From Oceanispirochaeta sp. (GTDB taxonomy: Bacteria > Spirochaetota > Spirochaetia > DSM-2461), in assembly GCA_963666275.2 (NCBI GenBank), contig CAXXOA010000002.1, forward strand, positions 1,952,001-2,016,000: DNA of 64,000 nucleotides, written 5' to 3'. The notes below the pieces were generated by a model, which was not told where the DNA came from, ran no database searches, and saw only the letters and a program-made list of their open reading frames with translations. Both the position numbers and the translations under genes were made by a program. Positions 11,170 through 20,576 of this stretch are shown piece after piece. Position 1 is the stretch's first letter; each line of letters begins with the position of its first letter.

Positions 11170-11940
11170 ATGCAAAAACAGAGAAAACTATTTATATTAC
11201 TTATATTAACTGCCGTAACAATCAATCTATCAGCAGTCGACTATGAATCCCTACTGACCCAGGCCGACAGCCTTGTCAATTACCCGGGAACCGACTACTC
11301 CGCCGAATACACCATCGTCCAGGACAAACCGGGCCAGAGCCGAACCACTACTATAGCTGCTGTATTCCGCCGGGACAGTAAAGAAACCTATGTCATTCTG
11401 ATCAAAGAACCCTCTATCAACAAAGGTCAGGGATACCTCAAACAGGGTGGGACCCTCTGGTTTTTCGACCCTGAGTCCCGTAAGTTCAACTCCACCAGCA
11501 GCAGCGACAGGTTTCAGAACACCAATGCCCGTAACTCCGACTTTACCCAGTCCACCCTGGCACGAGACTATAATGTCGTTTCAGGAACTGAAGGAACACT
11601 GGGGCAGTTTGACTGCTGGATTTTGGATCTGGAAGCCAACAACGACGAAGTTACCTATCCGAAAATGAAAATCTGGATCAGCAAGGACGGTCTGGTCCGA
11701 AAAACCGAAGATTACAGCCTTTCCGGCCAGCTCCTCCGGACAACAGCCATACCCAACTATTATAAGCTGGACAATGTGTACATACCCAAGCGAATCCTTT
11801 TTATCGATGCTCTCCGGGGAGCCACCATCAATGGAAAATTCCAAAATGAAAAAACCCAGATTACCATATCCAAACCCTCTCTGGGGAACCTGCCCGATTC
11901 AGTCTTTTCCAAGTCATTCCTGGAATCCATGAATCGCTAA
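11170..11940 (+). CDS. Outer-membrane lipoprotein-sorting protein (LolA-like family)
   Basis: Signal peptide; P..NKGQGYLK.G..LWFFDP and YPKMKIWI patterns; located after the ABC permeases. Confidence 0.8.
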   Translation: MQKQRKLFILLILTAVTINLSAVDYESLLTQADSLVNYPGTDYSAEYTIVQDKPGQSRTTTIAAVFRRDSKETYVILIKEPSINKGQGYLKQGGTLWFFDPESRKFNSTSSSDRFQNTNARNSDFTQSTLARDYNVVSGTEGTLGQFDCWILDLEANNDEVTYPKMKIWISKDGLVRKTEDYSLSGQLLRTTAIPNYYKLDNVYIPKRILFIDALRGATINGKFQNEKTQITISKPSLGNLPDSVFSKSFLESMNR

Positions 11941-11955
11941 GGGGACAAGAATACT

Positions 11956-13290
11956 ATGACATTGAAAAGAATCTTTTTCTTACTGCTCTTCTGTTCTTCG
12001 TTCATGCTGTTCGCCCAGGAGGGGGAATCCTCCGACAATACTATGGATGACATCTCTTTGGATTCGATCGATGATCTTTTTAATGAAGTCCCAGATGACG
12101 AGGAATCCAGCGACGATTCTTCCTCAGGAGAAGAACAGGATAGCTCGGACAGTGACGAGGTTCTGGAAAGTCCACAGGATCTTTTGAATGAGCTGACCTC
12201 CCAGACAGGAGGCTCACTGACTGTCAACTACGCCTTTGCCGCCGGTTATGCCCCTGGATGGAGTGAAACTCCCTGGTACTGGGAAGATCAGGACCAGGTG
12301 TTTACCAATGTCATTGGAGCTGATCTGACTTCGGACTTTATCTTTGACTTTCAGCTCTCTCCCCAGCTCCGGGCCTATCAGTCTGTTTCTATAGATTTCC
12401 CAGGGTATACTTTTGACCTTGACAGTTTCTGGGCCGAATATAACCTGGAAAACAGAGCCTTTTTCAAACTGGGCCATTATGCCGAATCCTGGGGGCTGGG
12501 AGGCAATTACGCCTTTACAAACCTCCTTTCCCGGCTGCCGGAGAACGGAGGGGGAGGGGACGCATATACCTTCCGAACGAATCTTCCCATGGGAGTCGGG
12601 GGGCTACAGCTTTTGACAATGGCACGCAGCGGCTGGGTCGACGGGGGCAATGTTGAAAACATGGAAGCCGGGGATCTGGGCTATGGGGTAAAGTACAATT
12701 ATGCCCACCCCCTGGCGGATATGAATCTGGGAGTTTTCTACCACGATCTTATGCCCCTTAGGGCCATCTTTACTGCAAAATCCACCCTTTTTGATTCTAC
12801 TGAAGTTTTTCTCCAGGGGCTGGCGGCCTTTCCAAACCAGCAGGATACGGAAGACTCGGTTTACTCGGGAAGTATCGGTCTTGCCGACGATTTTTTCCGG
12901 GAAAAACTGACTGTAAACCTGGAATACTTCTACAATGGTGAAGTCTATTCCAAAGTCGTGGAAACCGACAGCGGTTGGACCGAAGATGAAACCAGCCCTT
13001 TTATCAAAGGCCATAACGGCGCCTTCAATCTCTATTACAACACGGGAATCCGCAATCTGAATCTTTTCAGTCGTCTACTGTACAACTTTGATGAAAACAC
13101 AGGGAAATGGGCTCCTGGATTCCATTTTAAACCTTATGACGATCTCTCTGTCTATCTCTCCGTACCTATGGCTATTGGTGATCGAGATGGTACGTACTAT
13201 ACAAGCAACTACGATGAAAAGAACAGGCCTTTCAGCATAACCCTGGCTGTGACCCTTTCGGGCAGTCAGAAATTTGCCCAGTATAAATAA
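11956..13290 (+). CDS. Hypothetical exported protein, probable outer-membrane beta-barrel
   Basis: Signal peptide, acidic N-terminal linker and alternating aromatic/glycine beta-strand pattern. Confidence 0.65.
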   Translation: MTLKRIFFLLLFCSSFMLFAQEGESSDNTMDDISLDSIDDLFNEVPDDEESSDDSSSGEEQDSSDSDEVLESPQDLLNELTSQTGGSLTVNYAFAAGYAPGWSETPWYWEDQDQVFTNVIGADLTSDFIFDFQLSPQLRAYQSVSIDFPGYTFDLDSFWAEYNLENRAFFKLGHYAESWGLGGNYAFTNLLSRLPENGGGGDAYTFRTNLPMGVGGLQLLTMARSGWVDGGNVENMEAGDLGYGVKYNYAHPLADMNLGVFYHDLMPLRAIFTAKSTLFDSTEVFLQGLAAFPNQQDTEDSVYSGSIGLADDFFREKLTVNLEYFYNGEVYSKVVETDSGWTEDETSPFIKGHNGAFNLYYNTGIRNLNLFSRLLYNFDENTGKWAPGFHFKPYDDLSVYLSVPMAIGDRDGTYYTSNYDEKNRPFSITLAVTLSGSQKFAQYK

Positions 13291-13304
13291 AAGAGCTGGC
13301 TCAG

Positions 13305-13925
13305 ATGCATTTCAAACAGTATGTCTTATATGTATCAAAGCCCCTCTTACTGTTTTTCCTACTGGTTCTGACTTTTTCAGTATCCCTGGCCAGTCAATCC
13401 GGGGACATTCATATCCGGAAAATCTCCTGGCGGGATACTGAACTTCCCGTCTCTCCCAGGAGCCATTATGTATACCGGGTCAGTTTTGAACTGGACCATG
13501 TATCCCTGGATCGTCTGGAGGTACTCCTAAAATCTGAAGGCTTTCTGGAAAAGGTCCCCTATTACAGCCGTTACAATGACACCACAACATTGCTTTATAA
13601 CCGTGTTGAGTTTCAAAATGATACTATTAATGTTGAGATGCGTCCCTTTGAACCATTCAAGGGGCAAATCCAGTTTAACAGAAAGGGTGACTCCATTCAT
13701 TGGGTTTATGAAAATACCGAGTCTATCCGGTATAAATGGTTTCCTGTAATTGCTCAGAGGCATATGGTCACATACCTGAATGCTCGACAGGATGCCGACA
13801 CTCTCAAAGTAGAAGGTCTGGCAGCCATTAAAACCTTCCCCTTTCTCCACCTTTTCGGAAAACGGATAGACTGGGCTGTAGAAGGCCGTATCCTGGCCCT
13901 TTTCCAAGCCCTTTCTAAGCAATAA
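13305..13925 (+). CDS. Exported hypothetical protein, DUF6675-like; paralogue of 26894..27655
   Basis: Signal peptide; shares YYS, N.....YK.FPV, GLAA.K and R..AL motifs with 26894..27655. Confidence 0.6.
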   Translation: MHFKQYVLYVSKPLLLFFLLVLTFSVSLASQSGDIHIRKISWRDTELPVSPRSHYVYRVSFELDHVSLDRLEVLLKSEGFLEKVPYYSRYNDTTTLLYNRVEFQNDTINVEMRPFEPFKGQIQFNRKGDSIHWVYENTESIRYKWFPVIAQRHMVTYLNARQDADTLKVEGLAAIKTFPFLHLFGKRIDWAVEGRILALFQALSKQ

Positions 13926-13971
13926 ACCCATAGCAGCTGATAAAAGAAAATATAACTCTTCTCCGAGCTCT

Positions 13972-13996
13972 GTAAAGACGCGATTCATCGCGTCTC
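13972..13996 (+). repeat. REP-like palindrome, family A (GTAAAGACGCGATTCATCGCGTCTC)
   Basis: 9-bp stem with GTA(A/G/C) foot; six copies in the window. Confidence 0.85.
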
Positions 13997-14000
13997 CCTA

Positions 14001-14086
14001 TTCTCCCCTCTCCTCCTGGGCTGGTCAGGAGCAAGCTTCCTGCTCGCCTATGCTACCGAAGGAGAGGGGCAGGGGGTGAGGGTTGG
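14001..14086 (+). repeat. Repeat family B with a 40-bp insert (14018-14057) in the hairpin loop
   Basis: CCCCTCTCC..[insert]..GGAGAGGGGCAGGGGGTGAGGGTTGG. Confidence 0.85.
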
Positions 14087-14128
14087 CTAATCAAAAATGC
14101 CACCCCTTTAAGGGCCGGGGGCCACACC

Positions 14129-15817
14129 TCAACCGGAGTCTGGTCCCTGAGCGGAGCCAAAGGGGGGACAAGGAGTAGCCAAAATCCCCAAATCCCTCTT
14201 CTTCATCTCCCGCTTCTCATCGTACATCTTCCGATCCGCCTCTTCCAGCAGAGCATCGATCTCCTCTTCAATGGAAAGATCAAACAGCACACAGATCCCG
14301 TGACTGAAGGAAAGCCTGTAGTCCCTGTCCATGGTGCGGTTAAATTGTTCCGTCTTTTCCATCAGCCGGCGCCAGAGCTCTTCAAACTCGGCCTCATTGG
14401 TCTGTGGACAGATAAGCAGAAACTCGTCGCCCCCCAGGCGGACAGCCATATCGGAGCCCCGGATGGTTTTCTGCACAATCCCGGCAAAATCCGTCAGAAG
14501 TTTATCGCCTGCATTGTGACCCAGGTTGTCATTCACTGTTTTCAGACCGTTGATATCCATAAAACAGATTACCAGGGGCATGTCGGACCGGCGGTTCCGG
14601 CTTTTCAGGGACTGAAAATACTCTTCCCAGTAACTCCTGTTGTAGAGCCCTGTCAGTTCGTCGGTCTGCACCTGTTTCAGCAGATCCCTCTCCCGGAGTT
14701 TCACATCCTCAATGCTCTGGATCAGAGCCAGAAAGGTATCGCCCTTTTCTTCTGTATTTGACTTTTCCAGGGACAGATGGAGACGGAACCATTTATAATT
14801 ATCCCGGATATTCTTCAGTTTCACATCCACAGTTTCCTGGCTTATCTTTCCCGATACCAGGTCCTGATAGATCCTCAGCAGCTCCGGACGGAACTCGGGA
14901 GCAATTATATTCTCCATCAGCCAGTCCAGATCCATCTCATACTGGCCGTGTTCATATCCCAGGGTCTCAAAAAAGAGGTTGTTAAAGGCATGGTCCAGTT
15001 TTCCCGAGTCTGTATGAAAGGCAAACAGGCTCATCCGGCCCGCATAGAGGGCGTTGGTCAGCTGCAGATTGTTGATCCTCTCGTGTTCCGAAAGTTCCTG
15101 AAGGTGCCGGGACTGGATCTCCATGATCTTGTCCAGATCGGTCCTTTTCATAAGGATATAGCGGGAGGGATTGATTCCCCCGGGTTTGGTATGGGTCAGG
15201 AGGCACAGGTAAAGCAGGATGAAAAGGAAGCCTAATACAAGTACGCCTGCTTTTAAACCGGTCAAAGCCCCGAGTCTTTTATTCACATCCTTCTGAGGAA
15301 TTTCCAGGCAGACGAAATAACGATTCCCTTCTGCACTCCTTAAGGGGAGGAGCATGGCTCTGACTGTACCCTCCGGACGGGACTGTCTGAAATAGAAAGG
15401 CTCCTCCTGTATCACTGCCTTCCGGATAGAGTCATTATTCTGCATATAATCTATAAGCTGTGAGTCCTCATCCCCGGAGGGAATATTCTCAGACGTGGCT
15501 GTCATATAAAATCGATTTTCTCTTGAGATTCCTGTGTAAATCCTGGTAAACCCTCCGGTCATGGCCATAGTATCCAGTTGGTTTCGGATCAGGTTCTGCG
15601 TTTCGGGAGTTTTATACTCAGTTTGACCTGTCTCATCATGAAATCCTGGGGGCAGCAGCAGGGGGACTGTTCTGGCGGCATTGAGGAGCTGATGATCAAT
15701 TTCCTGCAGATTTAGCCTGTAATCGACCCAAAGGATGAGGGCCGCCGGGAGGATAAAGGCTCCTGCCAGGTATTTAAAGGATTTCTGAAATGTTTTTAGA
15801 TATACAAGCGCCCGCAA
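14129..15817 (-). CDS. Membrane-bound diguanylate cyclase (periplasmic sensor, PAS-like domain, GGDEF)
   Basis: Two TMs; DELTGLYNR, DINGLKTVNDNLGH.AGD; RGSD I-site and intact GGDEF. Confidence 0.92.
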   Translation of the reverse strand: MRALVYLKTFQKSFKYLAGAFILPAALILWVDYRLNLQEIDHQLLNAARTVPLLLPPGFHDETGQTEYKTPETQNLIRNQLDTMAMTGGFTRIYTGISRENRFYMTATSENIPSGDEDSQLIDYMQNNDSIRKAVIQEEPFYFRQSRPEGTVRAMLLPLRSAEGNRYFVCLEIPQKDVNKRLGALTGLKAGVLVLGFLFILLYLCLLTHTKPGGINPSRYILMKRTDLDKIMEIQSRHLQELSEHERINNLQLTNALYAGRMSLFAFHTDSGKLDHAFNNLFFETLGYEHGQYEMDLDWLMENIIAPEFRPELLRIYQDLVSGKISQETVDVKLKNIRDNYKWFRLHLSLEKSNTEEKGDTFLALIQSIEDVKLRERDLLKQVQTDELTGLYNRSYWEEYFQSLKSRNRRSDMPLVICFMDINGLKTVNDNLGHNAGDKLLTDFAGIVQKTIRGSDMAVRLGGDEFLLICPQTNEAEFEELWRRLMEKTEQFNRTMDRDYRLSFSHGICVLFDLSIEEEIDALLEEADRKMYDEKREMKKRDLGILATPCPPFGSAQGPDSG

Positions 15818-16090
15818 TTCAATGTCCCGTTATTGAAATATTACTACTAGTATAAACAACTGTTCGCAGTATGCCAGAAAAAAGGCTCGATTTTCAGAGA
15901 TTTTTCCCTGAACTTAAGATAGATTTAATATCCCCTGACAGCTTTTTATCAGAGGACTTTTCAATCTAATTCAGAGGGCCTGAGAGATAAGATTTCCCCC
16001 GGGAAAGTCCACCTTGTCGAAATCATCAAAATACCCTAAAATTACGCCATTCAATTTTTTGTTCATACAGATGAAAATAGGAGACATGTT

Positions 16091-19000
16091 TTGTACAATC
16101 CGGTAGATCCCAGAGTTGACTTTCCCAAAATGGAAGAGGCTATCCTTAAATTCTGGGAAGAAGAGAATATCTTTGAAAAGTCCATCACCCAGCGTGACGG
16201 TGCGGAAGACTTCGTCTTTTACGACGGACCTCCTTTTGCCACCGGTCTTCCCCATTTCGGCCATTTTGTTCCGGGGACTCTGAAAGATATTATTCCCCGC
16301 TACCAGACTATGAAAGGCAAACGGGTGGAACGCCGTTTCGGATGGGACTGCCACGGTCTTCCTGTTGAATATGAGATGGAAAAGGAACTCGGAATTTCAG
16401 GTAAAACTGAAATCGAAAAGTTCGGTGTCGCCAAGTTCAACGAATCCTGTCGCTCCATCGTTCTCCGCTATACCAATGAGTGGCGTCAGGTCATCACCCG
16501 GATGGGCCGGTGGGTCGACTTTGATAACGATTATAAAACCATGGAAACCGACTATATGGAGTCCATCTGGTGGGTTGTCAAATCCCTCTGGGACAAGGGC
16601 CTTATCTATAAAGGACACTATATCCTGCCAACCTGTCCCCGCTGTTCCACACCTCTGTCAAACCACGAGCTGAATCTGGGGGGCTATAAGGATGTGAACG
16701 ATCCGGCCATCACCATCAAGTTCAAAAAGAGTGATGAAGAGAACACATGGTTCCTGGCATGGACTACCACCCCCTGGACTCTGATCAGCAACCTGGCCCT
16801 GACTCTGGGCGCAGAAATTGACTATGTAAAGGTGAAGGATGGAGAGGAAAACTACATCCTGGCCAAAGAGAGACTCAGTGCCTACTATAAGTCCGAAGAG
16901 GACTATGAAGTCATCTGGACCAAAAAAGGAAAAGATCTGACAGGTCTTTCCTATGAACCGATCATGCCCTATTTTGCCGAAAGAGCCGAAGAGGGCGCCT
17001 TCAAAACCTTCACGGGAGATCATGTCTCCACCGAAGACGGTACGGGAATTGTTCATACCGCCAGCGGCTTCGGTGAAGAGGACTACGCGGTTCTGAAAGA
17101 TACGGGAATTACTGTGGTCTGTCCTGTGGATGATGAAGGGAAATTTACAAAAGAAGTCCCCGACTATGAGGGGCGGTTCGTCAAGGACTGCGATAAAGAT
17201 ATCATTAACCGCCTGAAAGAGGAGGGGAAGCTTGTCAAACGGGATCAGATCCTCCATGCCTATCCCCACTGCTGGCGCTGTTCCAGCCCTCTGATCTACA
17301 AAGCCGTAGGAAGCTGGTTTGTGGATATCGGCAAAATCAAAGATAAAATGCTCAGTGCCAACAGCCGGATCAACTGGGTTCCCGAGCATCTGCAGAAGGG
17401 CCGGTTCGGTAAATGGCTGGAGAATGCCCGTGACTGGGCGATCAGCCGGAACCGCTACTGGGGTAACCCCATCCCTGTCTGGGAGTGCGACGACTGCGGT
17501 GAACAGATCTGTATAGGCAGCCGGGCGGAACTGAAAGAAAAGTCCGGTCAGGATGTGGAGGATCTTCACAAGCACTATGTGGACGATATAACCATTCCCT
17601 GTTCCTGCGGCAAGGGGACCATGAAGAGGATCCCCGAGGTTCTGGACTGCTGGTTTGAGTCGGGCTCCATGCCCTATGCGCAGATCCACTATCCCTTTGA
17701 AAACAAAGAGTGGTTTGAACAGAATTTCCCCGCCCAGTTTATCTGCGAAGGTCTGGATCAGACCCGGGGCTGGTTCTATACCCTGACCATCCTGGCGGCG
17801 GCCCTCTTCGACAGCCCCGCCTTTGAAAATGTTGTGGTCAACGGACTGGTTCTGGCGGAGGACGGGAAGAAAATGTCCAAGTCCCTCAGGAACTTCACCG
17901 ACCCCATGGAAGTTATCAATAACTTCGGAGCCGATGCGCTGCGTCTGTTCCTTATGAACTCGGCAGTTGTAAGGGGAGAGGGGCTGAAATATTCCGATGA
18001 CGGGGTCAAGGATGTTCTGAAAAGCGTGATCATTCCTCTGTGGAATGCCTACAGCTTCTTTGTAACCTACGCCAATATTGACAATGCCACCCCCAGCGAA
18101 GCTCCTGTGAATCCGGAAAATCCTCTGGACAGCTGGATCCTTTCCGAATCCAGCCACCTGGTGGAAGCGGTCACCGAGCAGCTGGATGCCTATGATATTC
18201 AGAAAGCTATCGAGCCGATTGTGAAGTTCATCGATCTTCTGAACAACTGGTATATCCGCCGGTCCAGAAGGCGGTTCTGGAAGAGCGAGAACGACGGCGA
18301 TAAAATGCAGGCCTACGGGACTCTCTGGAGCGCCCTGATCACCCTTGTGAAGGTAGCCTCTCCCTTTATTCCCTTCGTGTCTGAAGAGATCTACAGGAAC
18401 CTGAAAACCGAAGGAATGAGCGACTCCGTTCATCTCTGCGACTATCCTGTGGCAGATAAGGACGTTCGGGATCTGGTTCTGGAAAAGAAGATGGACCTGA
18501 CCCAGCAGGCGGTCAGCATGGGACGGGCACTGCGAAGTATGCATAATCTGAAGACCCGGCAGCCCCTGAAGGCTCTTCATCTGGTAACCAGGGATCTGGA
18601 AGAGAAGAAAATTCTCAAAGAGATGGCTGATATCATCGAAGAAGAGCTGAATGTGAAATCAGTGATCTTCCGGGACAACGAGGAAGATCTTGTCGAATAT
18701 TCTGTGAAAGCCAACTTCCGTGTTCTGGGTAAACAGCTTGGTAAGGATATGAAAGCCGCGGCTGCAAAAATAGCCGAGCTCTCGTCCAGCGAGATCCTCT
18801 CTCTGATGGAAGGAAATACCCTGACTGTAGACTTCGAGGGAGCCGAGCACAACTCCATCGAAATCACTCAGGAGAGCGTTGTGGTAAACCGGTCTGAAAA
18901 AGAGAATCTCAAGGTTCTCAACGAAGGCGCCCTGACTGTGGCCCTGGATCCTGAAATCACCGATGATCTCTACAAAGAGGGGATTGTCCGGGATGTGGTC

Positions 19001-19225
19001 CGGTCTATCCAGAACCTCAGGAAAGAGAGCGGCCTGGAAGTGACCGACAGGATCCGGATCTACCTTGCCGGTGCGGATAAGGTAAAAGATGCCGTAGAAG
19101 CCTATGAAGACCACCTCCTCCAGGAAACTCTGGGAGACAAGTGGTTCTGGGAGGAGAAATCCGACGCCCAGACCATCAGCTGCGGCGAAGACGAAAGCTG
19201 CAAACTGGCTCTGGAGAAAGTGTAA
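16091..19225 (+). CDS. ileS: Isoleucine--tRNA ligase (type 2)
   Basis: FYDGPPFATGLPHFGH, WTTTPWT, ISRNRYWG and KMSKS; TTG start 7 nt after AGGAG. Confidence 0.97.
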   Translation: MYNPVDPRVDFPKMEEAILKFWEEENIFEKSITQRDGAEDFVFYDGPPFATGLPHFGHFVPGTLKDIIPRYQTMKGKRVERRFGWDCHGLPVEYEMEKELGISGKTEIEKFGVAKFNESCRSIVLRYTNEWRQVITRMGRWVDFDNDYKTMETDYMESIWWVVKSLWDKGLIYKGHYILPTCPRCSTPLSNHELNLGGYKDVNDPAITIKFKKSDEENTWFLAWTTTPWTLISNLALTLGAEIDYVKVKDGEENYILAKERLSAYYKSEEDYEVIWTKKGKDLTGLSYEPIMPYFAERAEEGAFKTFTGDHVSTEDGTGIVHTASGFGEEDYAVLKDTGITVVCPVDDEGKFTKEVPDYEGRFVKDCDKDIINRLKEEGKLVKRDQILHAYPHCWRCSSPLIYKAVGSWFVDIGKIKDKMLSANSRINWVPEHLQKGRFGKWLENARDWAISRNRYWGNPIPVWECDDCGEQICIGSRAELKEKSGQDVEDLHKHYVDDITIPCSCGKGTMKRIPEVLDCWFESGSMPYAQIHYPFENKEWFEQNFPAQFICEGLDQTRGWFYTLTILAAALFDSPAFENVVVNGLVLAEDGKKMSKSLRNFTDPMEVINNFGADALRLFLMNSAVVRGEGLKYSDDGVKDVLKSVIIPLWNAYSFFVTYANIDNATPSEAPVNPENPLDSWILSESSHLVEAVTEQLDAYDIQKAIEPIVKFIDLLNNWYIRRSRRRFWKSENDGDKMQAYGTLWSALITLVKVASPFIPFVSEEIYRNLKTEGMSDSVHLCDYPVADKDVRDLVLEKKMDLTQQAVSMGRALRSMHNLKTRQPLKALHLVTRDLEEKKILKEMADIIEEELNVKSVIFRDNEEDLVEYSVKANFRVLGKQLGKDMKAAAAKIAELSSSEILSLMEGNTLTVDFEGAEHNSIEITQESVVVNRSEKENLKVLNEGALTVALDPEITDDLYKEGIVRDVVRSIQNLRKESGLEVTDRIRIYLAGADKVKDAVEAYEDHLLQETLGDKWFWEEKSDAQTISCGEDESCKLALEKV

Positions 19226-19245
19226 ACCCTACCTATAAAACAGAA

Positions 19246-19472
19246 CCCCTCTCCCTTTGGGAGAGGGGAATAAAAGGGGTGAGGGTTGGAAAACGGAGGC
19301 ATATATTGAACATCCACATGTCGCACCTGAAAATATTCTCCCAACCAACCCTCTCCCAGAGGGCTGGTCGGAAGCAAGCTTCCTGCTCGCCTATGCTGCC
19401 AGAGGAGAGGGAACTAAATCCCCAGACATTCTCCCCTCGCCCTTTGGGAGAGGGGTCGGGGGAGAGGGTTGG
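19246..19472. repeat. Cluster of three family-B repeats (+, reverse with 40-bp insert, +)
   Basis: Copies at about 19246-19289, 19338-19411 and 19429-19472. Confidence 0.85.
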
Positions 19473-20382
19473 TTCCAAACCGACTCTTACTCTCTGTATC
19501 CTTATCTGTGTCCTATTCAGCTTCTCCTCCTGCACCACCAAACCTGTTCTCCCTGAAACAGTCACAGACCCTGCAGGAGTCCTTCCTGCCGGTGAGGACT
19601 GGTATCTTCTGGTCCGTCCTTCAGAGCACTCCGAACTTATCTCCCATCTGGCTACCCGGTTTGTTGAGCAGACCGGTTCCATTGATTCTGCCCTGGAAAG
19701 GACAAGCACCGCAGTTATGAGCGGCCGTTTTCCAACTTCAGTAGTTCCCTCTGATACGGAAGAGGGGACCACTATAAATCTTCCCGAATTCTCTTCCAGC
19801 TTTCAGGGAGATTATCCGGCCTTCTGGGTCCGAAATGCCCTGAGAAAGGATCCTTCCTGGGAAAAAACTGAAAGAGCTGTTTACCAGGGACCGTCCGATC
19901 TCCTGGTGGATACGGAGTTTCGGGACAGGATCCTGGCAGTAAAGGGAGAAAGGCGCCTGTCTGATCTACAGAAAGAGTTTCTTACTCCTGCAGAGGCCCG
20001 GCGACTCCCTGAGGACATGACGGACTGGTGGAATACGGGAGCCCCGGCTCTCCTTATCTATCTTCCCGATCTGGGGGCATACTCGCTTCCCCAGGGGCTT
20101 CCCGCACTGCCAGAGGGTACCAGGGCCGATCTGGCCCTGCTGGAAGGAGAGAGCGGCTTCTATGAGCTGAACCTCTCATTGGTTTTTACCGATGCCCGAT
20201 CCGCCCGGCTCTGGTCCCTGGGACTGCGTTTTTTCCTGGCCGCCCGGCTGGGGAACTCTCCCGAACCGGAGGAAAGACAGGCCCTGCAGGAGCTATCCCT
20301 GACAACCAAAGAATCTACCATCCGTCTGACCGGTTGGATTATGACGTCCGAAGGATGGGGTAAATTTCTTTCCAAAGAATAA
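19393..20382 (+). CDS. Hypothetical lipoprotein (start uncertain)
   Basis: Hydrophobic stretch ending in lipobox-like FSFSSC; in-frame start candidates (for example ATG 19393, TTG 19444) lie in the repeat cluster. Confidence 0.65.
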   Translation: MLPEERELNPQTFSPRPLGEGSGERVGSKPTLTLCILICVLFSFSSCTTKPVLPETVTDPAGVLPAGEDWYLLVRPSEHSELISHLATRFVEQTGSIDSALERTSTAVMSGRFPTSVVPSDTEEGTTINLPEFSSSFQGDYPAFWVRNALRKDPSWEKTERAVYQGPSDLLVDTEFRDRILAVKGERRLSDLQKEFLTPAEARRLPEDMTDWWNTGAPALLIYLPDLGAYSLPQGLPALPEGTRADLALLEGESGFYELNLSLVFTDARSARLWSLGLRFFLAARLGNSPEPEERQALQELSLTTKESTIRLTGWIMTSEGWGKFLSKE

Positions 20383-20406
20383 ACTTCACTTTCCAGAATC
20401 CCCGGC

Positions 20407-20426
20407 AGCTGAGCGAAGCCGAAGCT
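20407..20426 (+). repeat. Repeat family C variant (AGCTGAGCGAAGCCGAAGCT)
   Basis: Same core as 11077, with the closing stem changed from CCCT/AGGG to AGCT/AGCT. Confidence 0.65.
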
Positions 20427-20461
20427 ATGTCTTCCGAAGGATGGGGACGTTTTATTGATCC

Positions 20462-20499
20462 AATCGGTAGAGACGCGATTCATCGCGTCTCTACCGATT
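20462..20499. repeat. REP-like palindrome, family A, extended to an 18-bp stem
   Basis: AATCGGTAGAGACGCGAT-TC-ATCGCGTCTCTACCGATT. Confidence 0.9.
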
Positions 20500-20576
20500 A
20501 ATCGCGTCAATACCAATTGAAACCCCCTTCCCATTCCGGTATCCTTAACCCATCTTAATAGAACAAAGGTAAAACA

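Noticed and set aside
16087..16107. Out-of-frame ATG just before ileS suggesting a frameshift or leader peptide
   Set aside because: It is too close to the RBS; TTG 16091 has normal spacing and gives a normal IleRS N-terminus.
16658..18580. 640-aa antisense ORF
   Set aside because: Shadow of ileS on the opposite strand with no recognisable motifs.
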